DNA of 43,818 nt from Minisyncoccota bacterium (GCA_965204115.1 OZ241963.1:187475-231292); one strand, 5' to 3'. Shown: positions 24,434 through 33,426, numbered from the stretch's first letter. Notes: generated from the sequence alone by a model not told the origin. A program made the numbers and translations.

Positions 24434-25397
24434 AGTTGTACATTTCGTCCTCGGTTTCTTCTGTTTCCTCCTCCCTGATAGTGTCCGCATTTTCTTCTTC
24501 AAAAGATACCGGTATTCCCGTATCCGCGACAACCGGATCCTGCTCTGCGTCGGACGCTCCCTCTAATTTGCCGACGATGCTTTCTAAGTCCTCACCGGAA
24601 AAATAATCAATCACAATTCTGCCGCCGGTATCCCCCTGCGATCGGATGGATACCCGCGTTTCTAAAAAGCCCTCCAGCATGGTCTGCGCCCTTTGTAGGT
24701 ATGGGTCGTGCTCGATTTTTCTGGCGCGATTTTTTGCCTGTCGCCGCGCGATGATCTCTGAATCCCGCACCGTTATCCTCCGATTGACAATTTCGTCGAA
24801 CAGTGCGCGCTGATCATCAGGGGTCTCTACCAGCATCAGCAGCGGCCGGGTGTGCCCTTCTGATATTTTCCTGTCGGTTACTGCCTGAATCATGTCTTCC
24901 GGCAGGGTCAACAGGCGTAAGCTGTTTGAGATGTATTCCCTGCTGCGGCTCATTCGCTGTGCTACTTCGGTATGCGTCATCTTAAACTCCTCAATCAGCT
25001 GCTTGAAGGCGCGCGCGCGATCAATCGGGTTGAGGTCGTCCCGTTCCAGGTTTTCTATCATCGCCAGCTCAAGCCGCACATTGTCTTCAGTCACATCAAC
25101 GCGGACAACCGCCGGCACTTCTGAGAGCCCGGCTATTTTTGATGCGCGCAGCCGCCGCTCGCCGGCAATGAGCTCGTATCGCGCCGACATGTCCCCCGTA
25201 TCGGCAACCGCTTCTTTCTTCGTCACCACCAGTGGCTGCAATACCCCATACCGCCGGATTGACTGTGCCAAATCCTGCAGTTTATCGTCTGCAAACTCTT
25301 TTCTCGGCTGAAATGGGTTCGGATCAATCTTATCCACCGACAACCAAAACACCGACAACGGGTTGTTTGTTGCGCTCTGCGCCACGCCTTCTTCCAT
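24414..25397 (-). CDS. parB: ParB/Spo0J chromosome partitioning protein
   Basis: DPNPFQPRKEF, LQPLVV, YELIAGERRLRASKIAG and HTH TEVAQRMSRSREYISNSLRLL. The start at 25397 is supported by a TATACT box 7 nt upstream. Confidence 0.9.
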   Translation of the reverse strand: MEEGVAQSATNNPLSVFWLSVDKIDPNPFQPRKEFADDKLQDLAQSIRRYGVLQPLVVTKKEAVADTGDMSARYELIAGERRLRASKIAGLSEVPAVVRVDVTEDNVRLELAMIENLERDDLNPIDRARAFKQLIEEFKMTHTEVAQRMSRSREYISNSLRLLTLPEDMIQAVTDRKISEGHTRPLLMLVETPDDQRALFDEIVNRRITVRDSEIIARRQAKNRARKIEHDPYLQRAQTMLEGFLETRVSIRSQGDTGGRIVIDYFSGEDLESIVGKLEGASDAEQDPVVADTGIPVSFEEENADTIREEETEETEDEMYNFKNFSL

Positions 25398-25452
25398 ATA
25401 TGTTAGTATACCGCACTGAAATATATGTATCATGTGGCGGGCTAAACGGTGG

Positions 25453-27129
25453 TTACTTTTTGGCGGGTGTTTTCACGCGTTCTTTTGCGCGTTTTTTTAC
25501 CGCTTTGATGAGTCCGGTGAAGAGCGGGTTTGGGGAAAGCGGGCGGGCGGTGAATTCGGGGTGGTACTGGACACCGATGAAGAACGGGTGGGTTTGCGGA
25601 GGGAGCTCTACTGCCTCAACGAGCCCTGATTTTGAGCGGGCGGAGATTTGCATGCCGCCTTTTTCAAGGTCTTGTACATATTTGTCATTCACTTCGTAGC
25701 GGTGGCGGTGACGCTCGTCGGCGGTGTTGGTGCCGTAGAGCTTTTGGATGGCACTCTCCTTTTTGAAGCGGGCGGTGTACGCGCCGAGGCGCATGGTGCC
25801 GCCGTAGCGTTTTTCTGCGAGGTGATCCCGCTGACTTTCCATAACGAATATCACCGGGTGCGGTGTTTTCGGGTCAACCTCAATAGTGTGTGCTTCCTTC
25901 TTGCCGGCAACAGAGCGTATAAATTCAACGACCATCAGCTGCATACCGTAGCAGATGCCGAGTATCGGAATCTTGTTTTTTCGCGCGTGGGCGATTACTG
26001 CGATTTTTCCGTCAACACCGCGCTTGCCGAACCCGCCCGGAACGATGAGGCCGTCGTATTCCTCTAACTTCTTCAGGTTTTTCTCGGCACTTTTTCCTTC
26101 ATATTGCTTTGTGTTCAGCCACTCTATCTTGGGAGACACTCCCTCTTTCGCACCGGAAAAGCGAACCGCCTCTATGACGGAAACATACGAGTCGCTGAGT
26201 GTGTAGGAACCGGTTTCAAAATATTTTCCCACGATGCCGATCCGAACAGGGCTTTTTTTGTTGTTTCTGATGCGGGTGTCAATCTTTTTCCACGCCGGTA
26301 GCACGCCTGTCACTTTTCGCTTTGAGAGACCGAGCTCGTCTATGAGAATGGCGCCGATTTTTGATTTTTCAAAAAGGATGGGGACAGAATAAATACTTTC
26401 CACATCGGGGGCGGAGATGATATTGCGGACGGGGATTGAGCATGCGCGCGCTATTTTTTCTTTTCGCTTGGCGTCAATGCCCTCTTCAGAGCGGGCAACG
26501 ACTACCGACGGGTTGATGCCGTATGAGTTGAGTGCGCGTATCGCGTTTTGTGTCGGGCGGGTTTTCACCTCGCCGACACTCGGCGGCAGCGGCAGGTAGC
26601 TGACGAGTATAAACAGTGTGCTGTCCGGGTCGCTGAGGTGCATTTGCCGCCCCGCTTCCAGGAAAAGAAGGTTTTGGTAGTCGCCGAGCGTGCCGCCGAT
26701 CTCAATAAGCTGTACCTCCGCCTTTGCCCGTCTTGCCGACTGCTTCATTCGTGCGCGAATCTCATCAACAACATGTGGCACCGCCTCAACGCACTTCCCT
26801 TCATAGCCGAACGACCGCTCCTTGTCCAGCACCGCCTTATATACCATCCCGCTGGTCATATAGTCGTGCGGGGAGAGATCGCGGTTTAAAAATCGCTCGT
26901 AGTTCCCCATATCCTGATCGGTTTCCATGCCGGACGAGAGCACGAATACCTCCCCGTGCTCTGTCGGACTCATGGTTCCGGCGTCAACATTGAGATACGG
27001 ATCAACCTTCATGATGTTGACGGTATATCCGTGGTGGGTGAGGATGGTGCTGATAGAAGAGGTGGTAACCCCCTTGCCGATACCGGACATCACTCCACCG
27101 ACCACAAATATATACTTCGTCTTCTTCAT
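25453..27129 (-). CDS. pyrG: CTP synthase
   Basis: KYIFVVGGVMSGIGKG at the N-terminus and a glutamine amidotransferase domain (GICYGMQ, HRHRYEVN). Confidence 0.95.
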   Translation of the reverse strand: MKKTKYIFVVGGVMSGIGKGVTTSSISTILTHHGYTVNIMKVDPYLNVDAGTMSPTEHGEVFVLSSGMETDQDMGNYERFLNRDLSPHDYMTSGMVYKAVLDKERSFGYEGKCVEAVPHVVDEIRARMKQSARRAKAEVQLIEIGGTLGDYQNLLFLEAGRQMHLSDPDSTLFILVSYLPLPPSVGEVKTRPTQNAIRALNSYGINPSVVVARSEEGIDAKRKEKIARACSIPVRNIISAPDVESIYSVPILFEKSKIGAILIDELGLSKRKVTGVLPAWKKIDTRIRNNKKSPVRIGIVGKYFETGSYTLSDSYVSVIEAVRFSGAKEGVSPKIEWLNTKQYEGKSAEKNLKKLEEYDGLIVPGGFGKRGVDGKIAVIAHARKNKIPILGICYGMQLMVVEFIRSVAGKKEAHTIEVDPKTPHPVIFVMESQRDHLAEKRYGGTMRLGAYTARFKKESAIQKLYGTNTADERHRHRYEVNDKYVQDLEKGGMQISARSKSGLVEAVELPPQTHPFFIGVQYHPEFTARPLSPNPLFTGLIKAVKKRAKERVKTPAKK

Positions 27130-27209
27130 ATACTCACAATGGTTTTAGTATACCACTGCACGCAACCCCCCTTGAAAAGCGTTAACTTTGGTGATTGGTG
27201 TGTACCACC

Positions 27210-27701
27210 TTATATAGTTACTTCTGCAACAGGTCGCCTGCGTGGGCTTGACCAACCGCTCGGAGTGGAATATGCCTCCTCCCAAGAAGCGTCTTCTATT
27301 ATGCTGTAACTTTTTATTTTCCCTTCCTGTTTTCTCTTCTCCAGCTCTTCCTCGAGAGTGTTAATGTCTGGATAGTCTACGCCTGACACCTGTGCGTCTG
27401 TGTTCGGGTCTCCATTTGACCTTTGATCTGCGTAAGTGATATGCGGAGATTCACCCGTTTGGTAATATGTTCTATGCGTCTCCCACCTCTCTTCTTCCCC
27501 TCCTTCTATTTTTTCTGCCTCTCTTTTCCTGATGGCTTCTTCTACTTTTTTCACTGACTGCTCTCCTTTCCTCCGAAGATTCTCTTTCTCTCGTTTTCTC
27601 ATTGATTCTTCCTCTTCAATATTTTTGGCGGAATCTTCAATCATTTTTGAAACTGGGTGTTTTTTGTTTTTTTCTGCAGATTGTTTAAAAATTTCTTTCA
27701 T
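27210..27701 (-). CDS. hypothetical highly charged (E/K/R-rich) protein
   Basis: 163-aa ORF with no recognisable domain, downstream of the G13-containing promoter. Confidence 0.5.
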   Translation of the reverse strand: MKEIFKQSAEKNKKHPVSKMIEDSAKNIEEEESMRKREKENLRRKGEQSVKKVEEAIRKREAEKIEGGEEERWETHRTYYQTGESPHITYADQRSNGDPNTDAQVSGVDYPDINTLEEELEKRKQEGKIKSYSIIEDASWEEAYSTPSGWSSPRRRPVAEVTI

Positions 27702-27742
27702 ATTTCTTGTTGTTTAATGTATTAACTAGATAATATGCTGTT

Positions 27743-27773
27743 AGTGTACCCCCCCCCCCCCGATTTTTGTCAA
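27743..27773 (-). promoter_or_regulatory. promoter TTGACA-N19-TACACT whose spacer contains a G13 homopolymer
   Basis: The minus strand reads TTGACA AAAATC GGGGGGGGGGGGG TACACT. The -10 box lies about 40 nt upstream of the ATG at 27701. Confidence 0.5.
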
Positions 27774-27810
27774 TACCATTTTTCCACACGCAACCCCCCC
27801 TTGCCACAAG

Positions 27811-27884
27811 TGCTGACGGGTGGAGTCGAACCACCGACCTTAGGTTTATGAGTCCTACGCTCTAACCACCTGAGCTACGCCAGC
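27811..27884 (-). tRNA. tRNA with CAT anticodon (elongator Met or lysidine-modified Ile2)
   Basis: Acceptor GCTGGCG/CGTCAGC, anticodon loop CTCATAA, T arm GGTGG-TTCGACT-CCACC. No CCA is encoded. Confidence 0.85.
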
Positions 27885-27973
27885 ATACACACGCATAGTA
27901 CCATGAATGTGTTGCCGTGACATAGACTGCGACAAAGACGCTATACTACATAATGCGTCTGCTCTCTTACTAC

Positions 27974-28044
27974 GCGGGTATAGTTTAGTGGTATGACGCG
28001 GCCTTCCCAAGGCTGAAACGGGAGTTCGATTCTCCCTACCCGCA
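27974..28044 (+). tRNA. tRNA-Gly (anticodon CCC)
   Basis: Acceptor GCGGGTA/TACCCGC, anticodon arm CGGCC-TTCCCAA-GGCTG, T arm GGGAG-TTCGATT-CTCCC. Confidence 0.9.
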
Positions 28045-28139
28045 CCTCTTGCTCAATAAAAAGTATATTTCTCTGGTATACTTTTTATGTTTATAGTCGT
28101 TGTGCTATATATTTGTATTATCCATTCCCTATAAAAATT

Positions 28140-28325
28140 ATGATGAATAAGAAAATGAACCTTACTCTTGCAGTTCTTTCCCTGATTGGTGCTGTGTTAG
28201 TGCTGTGGAACCAATACTTTAACGGTCCGATTGGCGGTGATCCTGTGCTCTGGAACTATATTGACCCGTATGTTATCGTGGTACTTCTTCTCGCGTCTCT
28301 TTCGCTGTGGAAATCGTCCAAGTAG
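28140..28325 (+). CDS. small two-TM membrane protein
   Basis: 61 aa from the ATG at 28140: MMNKKMNLTLAVLSLIGAVLVLW...YVIVVLLLASLSLW. Confidence 0.45.
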   Translation: MMNKKMNLTLAVLSLIGAVLVLWNQYFNGPIGGDPVLWNYIDPYVIVVLLLASLSLWKSSK

Positions 28326-28389
28326 GATACCGCATAACTATGAAAGAGCGGCTATTTTAGAAAGTCGTTTTTGTTATATACTATAGGTA

Positions 28390-28524
28390 ATGCCTGGTTT
28401 AGAGACAGCGCCGGTGGGTCCTGCGCAAATCCCGCCTCCTTTTAATGAAAAGGAAAAAGGGGGGGTGAAGAAAAAGAGGATTGGCGTCGCCGTGAGACAG
28501 TACACCCTGACCATGAGCAGTTGA
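28390..28524 (+). CDS. 44-codon ORF that is probably the true 5' end of the following gene (frame broken at a G7 tract)
   Basis: TGTTATATACT box (28377-28382) sits 7 nt before ATG 28390. The downstream ORF frame is open back to 28449 but has no ATG. The frames meet at A5G7 (28454-28465). Confidence 0.45.
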   Translation: MPGLETAPVGPAQIPPPFNEKEKGGVKKKRIGVAVRQYTLTMSS

Positions 28525-29492
28525 TTTTACATGGGCTTGGGCACAACGCTGCCAATCTTGAGCAAAGAAGTGGTATCTCTACTGATAAGGAAACAGGGAG
28601 GTATCTTATTCAGGAAAGTACCTATCTTACGCCGGAAGCGAAACAATCTGTGGAAGTGTTTGTTGATCGCAAAGAGTCTGAGTTTGCGCGGAAAAATGTT
28701 TCCCCAGAAGAAAGAGATCGAAACGCACGGGCATCTGTTCTTGAAAAAGTTGTTGATCTTGTGTTTGCAGAGTGTCTCCCTGAATACGATATCTGGATTT
28801 CCAGCCGCCTTAGTGATTTTCTTGGGCAGGATATTTATTTTAAAAACCGAGAGACAGGTCAGGTTGAATTCGTTGTTGATGTTACGCTGGGTAAGAATGA
28901 CCCCGTCCGGCCGGTAAACCGAGAAAAAATCAACGAAGTACGAGGAAAGATCATCAATGGGGTGATAGCGTATGACGGCTATGAGTACAATGATAAAAAG
29001 CATAGTGGCAAAAAGGATGTAGCATATATTCCCATCGCCTCTCTTATGACTCCCCTGCTCGTTGTTTCGCTCCCTGACAAAACGCAGGATGGTGAGGATA
29101 ACCTTGAGCGCATACTCAACCGCATGAGTCCGTCAACGGAAGACCCCACAAAGAAAGAATTTCTCTATGCAACGTACATGGTGCAACAAATGTTAAAATC
29201 AATGAATGAGGATAACCTCAACCTTAGACATATTCATGAAGAAAGCCAGTTTAATGTCGATAAAATCCAAAAACAAGCGCGAACGCTCTACTCCAGGCTT
29301 ACTTCCGCAGAACAGTTCAAGTGGTCTTCGGTTGCGGGTGAGGTGGATCTTGCAATAAACGAGTGGCCGAAACGCATTGAAAATTTGGAAGATCGGCTCT
29401 GGGCAATTGAATCGAAGCTCGGAAAACTCGCAGGATTATCAGAATCTGACCTGGATGACCTCTGGAATATCAATTTTGAGGACATCTCTTGA
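28521..29492 (+). CDS. hypothetical protein (323 aa as tracked, TTG start)
   Basis: Long ORF with no recognisable motif, lying between tRNA-Gly and the initiator-like tRNA-Met. Confidence 0.6.
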   Translation: MILHGLGHNAANLEQRSGISTDKETGRYLIQESTYLTPEAKQSVEVFVDRKESEFARKNVSPEERDRNARASVLEKVVDLVFAECLPEYDIWISSRLSDFLGQDIYFKNRETGQVEFVVDVTLGKNDPVRPVNREKINEVRGKIINGVIAYDGYEYNDKKHSGKKDVAYIPIASLMTPLLVVSLPDKTQDGEDNLERILNRMSPSTEDPTKKEFLYATYMVQQMLKSMNEDNLNLRHIHEESQFNVDKIQKQARTLYSRLTSAEQFKWSSVAGEVDLAINEWPKRIENLEDRLWAIESKLGKLAGLSESDLDDLWNINFEDIS

Positions 29493-29523
29493 TTTGTGCT
29501 GCAGTATTGCACCTACTTAATCT

Positions 29524-29600
29524 TGGTAGCGGGGGTTGGATTTGAACCAACGACCTCCAGGTTATGAGCCTGGCGAGCCACCTGACTGCTCTACCCCGCT
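29524..29600 (-). tRNA. tRNA-Met (CAT), initiator-like body, CCA encoded
   Basis: AGCGGGG...CTCATAA...GGTCGTTGGTTCAAATCCAACCCCCGCTACCA closely resembles bacterial tRNA-fMet. However, it has an A1-U72 pair and only two of the three G-C pairs expected in the anticodon stem. Confidence 0.85.
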
Positions 29601-29759
29601 GCGCTATATTGCTATAGTCGCAGGGGTAAAACGGTTATATATACCACATCATGCTTTGCGTTTGTGTTTGTATATGCTGTTTCATATTTGTGTCCCTTAC
29701 GACTTGCTATACAGTATACGACCCCTTGGTGATATTTGCAAGCGAGTTATGTGTATATT

Positions 29760-30806
29760 TTATGGAGTCCATTCCGGTGCGTCAAGGTGGTGCGGCAACA
29801 AACCGAGCCAAACAAATGAGGTGAGGTAGATAGCGGTCACTTTTTTCATCACCTTTTCTGTTATCGCCGGTACCGGTTCGCCCTCTTCCACTTCGCCTTG
29901 TGTTCGCAAGATCAAGCTATTCGCCTCCCACAATTTTTCAATACACCACAGGTCTTCTTCTTTCATATTTTGTAACTTTTCTTTCAGAGTTTCCCCCTCA
30001 AAGCGCAGCAGGGTGAGCGTGCCGTCCAGTGTTTCCTGCAAGAGTGCCAGCGTTTCTTTCCACTTTTCAGAATCCTCTTCGTTCATCACCTCATCAACCT
30101 TCCCCCAGTTGTCCTGCAGTTTTCGCATCTGCTCCTTGTCCTGCATCAGGCGGGATATGTAGGTTGCCCGAAGGGTGTGCCGCTTGTACCATACCTTGCG
30201 TTTTTTCTCAAATTTTGCCCCGATGTACACAAAGAATGCCAGCAGTACGCCCAGTATCGCCATGACGATGTAGATGGTGTTCAGGTAGAAGTTACGAAAC
30301 CAACTGGTGTAAGTTTGGGTTTCCACGACGGAGATCTGCTGCAGGGAAACCTCGCCTGTCGGTGTTCCTTTGTGCAAAAAGAGTATGGTGGAGATCGGTG
30401 CGCTGAAGAAGTTCTCAAACGGTGCCAGTGGTCTGTAGGTGTTCGGATCGCCGGTGAAGAACGGCTGTGCTTTCGCGAGCGTGTGAACATGCACACTTCC
30501 CGCCTCCTCGTCAATCCGTTCAATGATCACGCAAGTTCCCGGTCCGATAACGGTGTCCTCAAGTACGGTGGACCGTGTCAGCACTGCTGTTGCGCCGACA
30601 ACCGGCTCAACACTTCGCACAGATACCTCTTTTTCAAAATCATCCACATTCCCGCACGAGCCGACCAGCGTGGTTGCCGCCAGCGACAGCACTCCGAATA
30701 CAAATAAGGCAAAAAAGAATGTCTCCGCCGGCGTTACGATACTATTCTTTATCCCATCAACCATCTCATCCTCTATAGAGCGGGACACTTTTGAATCATC
30801 AGGCAT
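29760..30806 (-). CDS. hypothetical two-TM membrane protein with C-terminal coiled-coil region
   Basis: 348 aa. TM helices are FFFALFVFGVLSLAATTLV and IYIVMAILGVLLAFFVYIGA. Confidence 0.55.
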   Translation of the reverse strand: MPDDSKVSRSIEDEMVDGIKNSIVTPAETFFFALFVFGVLSLAATTLVGSCGNVDDFEKEVSVRSVEPVVGATAVLTRSTVLEDTVIGPGTCVIIERIDEEAGSVHVHTLAKAQPFFTGDPNTYRPLAPFENFFSAPISTILFLHKGTPTGEVSLQQISVVETQTYTSWFRNFYLNTIYIVMAILGVLLAFFVYIGAKFEKKRKVWYKRHTLRATYISRLMQDKEQMRKLQDNWGKVDEVMNEEDSEKWKETLALLQETLDGTLTLLRFEGETLKEKLQNMKEEDLWCIEKLWEANSLILRTQGEVEEGEPVPAITEKVMKKVTAIYLTSFVWLGLLPHHLDAPEWTP

Positions 30807-30892
30807 ATAGTATGATTGTACACCACTGTATGCTGATAGTGAGGGTTTGTCGCTGTGCTGCTATTATTCGGTACTACAGGTGGTGCGTTATG

Positions 30893-30966
30893 TGCTGAGG
30901 GTGGGACTCGAACCCACGACACCTCGCTCTTCAGGCGAGTGCTCTAGCCGACTGAGCTACCTCAGC
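30893..30966 (-). tRNA. tRNA-Phe (anticodon GAA)
   Basis: Acceptor GCTGAGG/CCTCAGC, anticodon arm CTCGC-CTGAAGA-GCGAG, T arm GTGGG-TTCGAGT-CCCAC. Confidence 0.9.
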
Positions 30967-31035
30967 GATAGTATCAGTATACACAATATATCGCGCTGCC
31001 TTATTAAAACTCTGCAATGACAGAGAAAATATGCC

Positions 31036-31464
31036 CTACTCTGCTGTTTCCGGGTTGACGGCTTCTGTGGTTCCTGCATCGGACTCAAGCCCTTCAAAAA
31101 TGCTGCGGATAGATCCGGCTGTATCCCCCACTTTCCCCGCCAATTCTCCGGCCTCGCGCAGATGCTTCTGTAACTCTTCAACGCGCTGCTGAAACTCAAT
31201 AATCTGAATCTTGTGTTTTTCAAAAAGATAGTACCCGTATCCCGCAACTCCACAAAGTAGCACCAACACCACTATCATTTTGATCTTCCGCGCGTTTCGC
31301 TCGCCTCGTAGCATTTTATTGGTATCTTTTGTGACCTGCAACAAATCATCCAGCTGCTTATCCTGCCGACTCCGATCCAAAAGTTTTTTACGATTCATGC
31401 CATCCTTTTTCATTGCGGTTAGTATAGCATCAAAAAAGGAGGCGAGTTCTGATTTATTACACAC
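31036..31464 (-). CDS. hypothetical single-TM coiled-coil protein
   Basis: 142 aa, overlapping the upstream MTase 3' end by 8 nt. TM helix is MIVVLVLLCGVAGYGYYLF. Confidence 0.5.
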   Translation of the reverse strand: MCNKSELASFFDAILTAMKKDGMNRKKLLDRSRQDKQLDDLLQVTKDTNKMLRGERNARKIKMIVVLVLLCGVAGYGYYLFEKHKIQIIEFQQRVEELQKHLREAGELAGKVGDTAGSIRSIFEGLESDAGTTEAVNPETAE

Positions 31465-32521
31465 AACTCACATAGTGCAGATACTCTTTTGTCCGATCCG
31501 CCTTGTTGTAACGATTGCTGTCTGCCTTGTACCGCTTGTAAGTTTTGGTAAAGACGCCGTACTCACCGCGTTTGCTCATAATACGCTTTATGTCGGCGTG
31601 TGTCATCAGTCCTTCGTTGTTGTAACTGAGGAATATATACTTTGCCTTAATGTTGTCTATCAAATCCTCAAACACATCGCATACTTTTACTCGGGAGCAG
31701 TATAGTGATGTGTGTCCGTCAGCGCGTAAGCCGGTCTTTCCTCGTATCTCCGGGTTGTCATACAGTGCAATGGTTTCCAAGATATGATAGTTTGCCGAGT
31801 ACTGCCGATGATTGTATGGTGGATCAAGATACACAATATCGCCTTCTATTTCTTTTACCAGCGTATTGATGTCCTGGTTAAATACTTTATGCTTTTGATC
31901 GTTCACTGTTAAAACAGATGGTCGCAGCACAAACTTCTGCGCTGCCCTCTTTTTCAGTTGTTTGAGGAATGCACCGTACACAGAGGCGGTGTTTGCATAC
32001 TGGTCTATGCTCTCTAATAGAGAGGTAAGGAGGAAGTAGTATTCATTATCGGTGATGTCTTTTTGCGCCTTCCACCGCTCTATCTTTTGGCGAATTGCAT
32101 CACAGCGCATGCTCGTCTCGTCAGAGAAATACTGCCGCTGCATATCTGCGCTCCGTGTGCCACCTGAGGAGTAGTTATTGTAGATAAAACCTTTGATGCC
32201 TTTTTCCTTGTTCAAGTGCTCACACACTGCATCACCCCGCTTTTCTCTTTGAACACTGCTAAGAGATGGAATGCTACTCCTTAATCCTAGAAAAGAGAGG
32301 TGCTTGTGGTTCTCTATTCGTTGTTTATTAATAACATAACTGTAATACTGTATGTCATTTGCTATCACCGAGTACCCTTTCTTTTTAAAGTGCTCACCAA
32401 CCGCACCGGTGCCGGCGAATAAATCGCAGAATACTTTATGGCCGTCTCCAACAACTTTGTCAATGGACTCCTCTAAAAAACTCAGGAGAGAATATTTACT
32501 ACCTATATAGTTTAAACGCAT
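31457..32521 (-). CDS. D12-class (Dam-family fold) N6-adenine DNA methyltransferase
   Basis: N-terminal LNYIGSKYSLL, motif I FCDLFAGTGAVG and motif IV VYLDPPYNHRQYSANY. Confidence 0.85.
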   Translation of the reverse strand: MRLNYIGSKYSLLSFLEESIDKVVGDGHKVFCDLFAGTGAVGEHFKKKGYSVIANDIQYYSYVINKQRIENHKHLSFLGLRSSIPSLSSVQREKRGDAVCEHLNKEKGIKGFIYNNYSSGGTRSADMQRQYFSDETSMRCDAIRQKIERWKAQKDITDNEYYFLLTSLLESIDQYANTASVYGAFLKQLKKRAAQKFVLRPSVLTVNDQKHKVFNQDINTLVKEIEGDIVYLDPPYNHRQYSANYHILETIALYDNPEIRGKTGLRADGHTSLYCSRVKVCDVFEDLIDNIKAKYIFLSYNNEGLMTHADIKRIMSKRGEYGVFTKTYKRYKADSNRYNKADRTKEYLHYVSCV

Positions 32522-32526
32522 ACTTA

Positions 32527-33426
32527 CTATGCATTATAAAGGAGGATAACGAAGCAATGCACTTCGTACTGCTGTTCTCCGTGTGCTTTATGTTTGTATT
32601 CAAACTGTATTTTTAGGGGTTTTGTGAGGTCAACAGCACTGACAATCTCTTTGATCCGTTGTGGACAAATGTCCTCATCAAGGTACACCACTAATAATCG
32701 TGGGTCAGCACTGAACCGCCCCTCATCCTGATACCGATACAGATACTCCGCGACTAAATCAGGTCGCTCGATCGCTGTTTGTCTCCAGTTCGCGGCGTCC
32801 TGAACGGTGTGTCCTAATTTTTCTGTCAGAGAGCCCTCACCCTTTTCGAAATCTCTGATGAATTGCTGTGTCGGTGATGCCGCAACTTTTTGATCATACT
32901 GCTCTCCGTCAATAAAAAAGTCAACACCTCTTCTGTGTGCGAGGGTTGGTAGTATATTTTCATTCTTTTCAAAAATCAATGTCTCTATGAAATCATTTCT
33001 CAAGGTGTTTATCTCCTTGATGCGCCGATACTGTACTGCTGCGCGTTTCACCTTTGCGTCCCGCTCTGCACTACCAATTTTTTCAGTATTTAACTGCTGC
33101 ACAAACCCATCAAACTGACCCTGAGAAAACGGCCACTTTATTTTTCCGAGTTTCATTTTCTCCCACTCGTTTATCAGCACCTCCATCTCCCCATCAGCCG
33201 CCTTCCCGTTTTTATATTTATCTGTTTTGATAAACATATCCCGTACTATCTTTAATCCTTTCTCATAATCCCAATGCTGTACTACCAATGCAAACACTTC
33301 GTTTGCAGACATACCGCTTGTAACAGGAGCCCCAAGCGCTTTCAGAAACTGTTCTGCATTTCCCCGATTCCCAAACACCTTTTTCGCCACCTCACCAGAA
33401 ATACCCGATCGTATATTGACAGACAT
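32527..33426 (-). CDS. putative cognate restriction endonuclease (uncharacterised family)
   Basis: 299-aa ORF 5 nt upstream of the MTase. A possible PD-(D/E)xK-like core is RRGVDFFIDGEQYDQKV. The assignment rests on position only. Confidence 0.35.
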   Translation of the reverse strand: MSVNIRSGISGEVAKKVFGNRGNAEQFLKALGAPVTSGMSANEVFALVVQHWDYEKGLKIVRDMFIKTDKYKNGKAADGEMEVLINEWEKMKLGKIKWPFSQGQFDGFVQQLNTEKIGSAERDAKVKRAAVQYRRIKEINTLRNDFIETLIFEKNENILPTLAHRRGVDFFIDGEQYDQKVAASPTQQFIRDFEKGEGSLTEKLGHTVQDAANWRQTAIERPDLVAEYLYRYQDEGRFSADPRLLVVYLDEDICPQRIKEIVSAVDLTKPLKIQFEYKHKAHGEQQYEVHCFVILLYNA

